This document shows, one piece after another, positions 33,132-35,160 of a stretch of DNA of 35,160 nt (position 1 is the first letter of the stretch; each line of letters opens with the position of its first letter). This DNA is from Treponema sp. (GTDB lineage: Bacteria; Spirochaetota; Spirochaetia; Treponematales; Breznakiellaceae): contig JAISAN010000101.1 in NCBI GenBank assembly GCA_031266635.1, positions 1 through 35,160 on the forward strand, given 5' to 3'. Made by a program: the position numbers and the translations under genes. Below the pieces are notes generated by a model that had not been told where the DNA came from, made no database searches, and saw only the letters and a program-made list of their open reading frames with translations.

Positions 33132-35160
33132 AAATTCGGCTCTGGATGACCGCGATAAGCCTGGCGGCCGCCCTGCCGGCGGTCCAAACTATTTTCGCCC
33201 AGGGGAAAAACGACCAGCCGGGCTGGGCTTTTCAGGGGCTTATCCCCGGCGGACACCGGGGAGCCGTCAGGGCACTGGTTCATACCGGCGATCAGGTCCT
33301 CAGCGCCGGAGAAGACGGTTTTCTTGAAATATGGAATATCCGCACGAACAGGGCGGAAGAGCGGTTTCAGGTAAGTCCGTACCGGATCAACACCATGATT
33401 CTGCGGCCGGGAAAGCCGGAAATCTGCCTGATTGAAAGCGACGGGCTGGGCCTCTACCGGATTTCCGCATGGAACTACCAGGACCGGATTAGCCTTTTTA
33501 CCCTGCGTTTCAGGGACCCGGTTAATTATATCAACTATTCCGCGGGAGGCAGCTTTTTAATCGCCGCCCGGAGCGGCAGAACCGGGCTGGTTTTTATCCA
33601 CCCCGAAACCGGAGAACTGCTCCAGTCTCCCCCGGATTTAAGCGGCATGGTGAATTTTGCCGCCACCGGCAGATCGGAACGGAACATGATCGTGTATCTT
33701 TCGGGGGGCATCCTCTCTTACTGGGATTTGACATCGGGCAATGAGACCGGCCGTTTTGAGGTTCCCCCGCATATCAGGTCTCCCATAATATTTGGCAACA
33801 ACCGTTTTCTCGCGGGCTTTGACCGCAATGGGTTGACGGTGATTGACGCGGTTTCCGGGGATATTCTGGCGGAGAATTCCGCCATACCGCCGGATTCGAT
33901 TATATGCGCCGGAGGGGGGACGGATTTTTTCTGTATTGTCCAAAACGGCGGCGCGGATCCGCCTGGGGGTGAAGAAAACGGAAGCGCCGGGGCGGGGCGG
34001 GCCCCGGAACTCTACCGCTTTACCGTGAACAATGCCCGGCGGCTTGTCATGCGTGAGCGCCGAACCCTGTCCGGAGAAATTGTCCCGGCTGCCGCCGTGG
34101 CGGCCGGAGACAGCGTGGCTCTGGGAGGCGGCGACGGCGGCCTCCGGCTGCTTAAGCGGGACGGTCAGATTCAGGATTTGCTGGTAAAAAACCAACTGCG
34201 GATCATTGAGGCCGCCGCTTCGGACTCAACGCTTGCCTTCCTCGCCGAAGGAAATTTACTGGGCTTCATCCCCCTGGATTTTTTCCGCCTGGATAATTCC
34301 AAAACCCTGAAGCTTGAAGAACACGGCGGCTATACCCGGATTCTGCCCTTCTCCGAAGCGGCGGAAGAAGCGGGGAATTTTCTCTTTTGGCAGACCGGTA
34401 CCGCCCGCCTCCCCCCCATGATCCGGTCCGCGGAAGACCAGGGCTCCGCCTTTGTTCTCCAAAATCTTCCCCTCCGCTTTCCCCTCCGGTCCGCCGGGGT
34501 TTTTGGGGAAAAAGCCCTGTTTCTGGATTCCGCGGGGAATATGTCGGTACTGTCCGTCAATACCGGCGCGAAAACAGGATCCCTGGATTTTTCATTTTCT
34601 TCCATTGGTTCCATGGACGTGGCGTTTATCAACCGGGATAATATTATGCTGGGCCGAAGCAGCGTCTCGGGCAACAGCCCCTTTCTGATGATCAATATAC
34701 GCACCGGGGAAACCGTTCCCCTCTCCTACCCGTCTTCCGCGGGAGTCCGTGTTTACCGGGGCGCGTCAGGAATTATGTACGCCGCCCTGGTGGATGAGGA
34801 GGCCGGGAACCCCCGGACATCCATTATCCGGCTGGACGCGGAAAACCCCGGCCAGCCGGTTCGCCTGGTGGAATACCAGGGGGAAGATACGCTCTTTTCC
34901 CTGGCTGAATCCTCAAATATACTGGCTTCTACGCTGGGAGACAGCGGGGCCGCTCTTTTTTCTTCCCGGGGGATGCTGAATTTTGAACGGAGCCCCGGCC
35001 TTCCCCTCCGGCTTAGCGGCGGCGGATTGTTTTTTATCGTTATTGACGGGGACGGCAATATCTGCTGGCATGATCCCCGGTCAGGAAAACTGCTCGCCAT
35101 CTTCAGGCTCTACGAAAATGAGTGGATTTTACAGCAGAACCAGGATGAGACAGTGTGGGG
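33128..35160 (+). CDS. Secreted WD40/beta-propeller-like repeat protein (3-prime partial, open to window end)
   Basis: Absent from the ORF track because no stop occurs. I translated frame 2 by hand from ATG 33128 to 35158 and found no stop. Signal peptide MKIRLWMTAISLAAALPAVQTIFA-QG. GHRGAVRALVHTGDQVLSAGEDGFLEIWNI is a WD40-type blade. ATGA overlap with the upstream gene. Confidence 0.6.
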   Translation, partial: MKIRLWMTAISLAAALPAVQTIFAQGKNDQPGWAFQGLIPGGHRGAVRALVHTGDQVLSAGEDGFLEIWNIRTNRAEERFQVSPYRINTMILRPGKPEICLIESDGLGLYRISAWNYQDRISLFTLRFRDPVNYINYSAGGSFLIAARSGRTGLVFIHPETGELLQSPPDLSGMVNFAATGRSERNMIVYLSGGILSYWDLTSGNETGRFEVPPHIRSPIIFGNNRFLAGFDRNGLTVIDAVSGDILAENSAIPPDSIICAGGGTDFFCIVQNGGADPPGGEENGSAGAGRAPELYRFTVNNARRLVMRERRTLSGEIVPAAAVAAGDSVALGGGDGGLRLLKRDGQIQDLLVKNQLRIIEAAASDSTLAFLAEGNLLGFIPLDFFRLDNSKTLKLEEHGGYTRILPFSEAAEEAGNFLFWQTGTARLPPMIRSAEDQGSAFVLQNLPLRFPLRSAGVFGEKALFLDSAGNMSVLSVNTGAKTGSLDFSFSSIGSMDVAFINRDNIMLGRSSVSGNSPFLMINIRTGETVPLSYPSSAGVRVYRGASGIMYAALVDEEAGNPRTSIIRLDAENPGQPVRLVEYQGEDTLFSLAESSNILASTLGDSGAALFSSRGMLNFERSPGLPLRLSGGGLFFIVIDGDGNICWHDPRSGKLLAIFRLYENEWILQQNQDETVW

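Noticed and set aside
33638-35100. Minus-strand ORFs 33638..34195, 34330..34704 and 34753..35100
   Set aside because: They are shadows of the continuous plus-strand frame-2 ORF (33128 to window end), which has a signal peptide, a WD40 motif and translational coupling to the upstream gene.

Overview
This window looks like spirochaete (Treponema-like) chromosome with two parts. All family calls come from reading motifs by eye; no HMM or BLAST search was run.

**Accessory part (about 854-24197).** This is a 16-gene cluster, all on the minus strand, that reads as a polysaccharide-utilisation locus of an unusual design.
- Predicted cytoplasmic enzymes: GH88, GH43 (exo-beta-1,3-galactanase-like) and GH31.
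- Lipoproteins: a beta-helix GH28-like enzyme, two alginate-lyase-fold paralogs, three proteins built from Listeria-Bacteroides repeats, LamG domains or an Ig-like domain, and a CBM-like protein.
- One beta-barrel outer-membrane protein.
- An ATPase-less CUT1-type ABC importer with two large binding proteins.
- A membrane-anchored AraC one-component regulator whose sensor region contains a G13-A-G7 homopolymer, a candidate phase-variation switch.
- No SusC/SusD or TonB-dependent receptor is present.

**Flanks of the locus.** It is bracketed by two direct copies of a 108-bp structured repeat (RepA, 483-590 and 24476-24583). It abuts a tRNA-Arg(CCG) whose last 17 nt are duplicated 206 bp away. 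A truncated DUF262/GmrSD-like remnant lies at its far end. Together these suggest an integrated or rearranged island.

**Repeat family.** A second family of REP/BIME-like palindromic units sits in intergenic gaps across the window. Their stems co-vary and the loop CCAACCGGGTT is conserved. One copy supplies the last 8 codons and the stop of dxr.

**Core part (25019-35160, plus strand).** This holds maf, rpsB-tsf-frr-uppS-cdsA-dxr-rseP (no pyrH, as in spirochaetes), a CpXC-like protein, and an open-ended secreted WD40-like ORF that the ORF track misses. A partial MCP gene lies at the 5-prime edge of the window.
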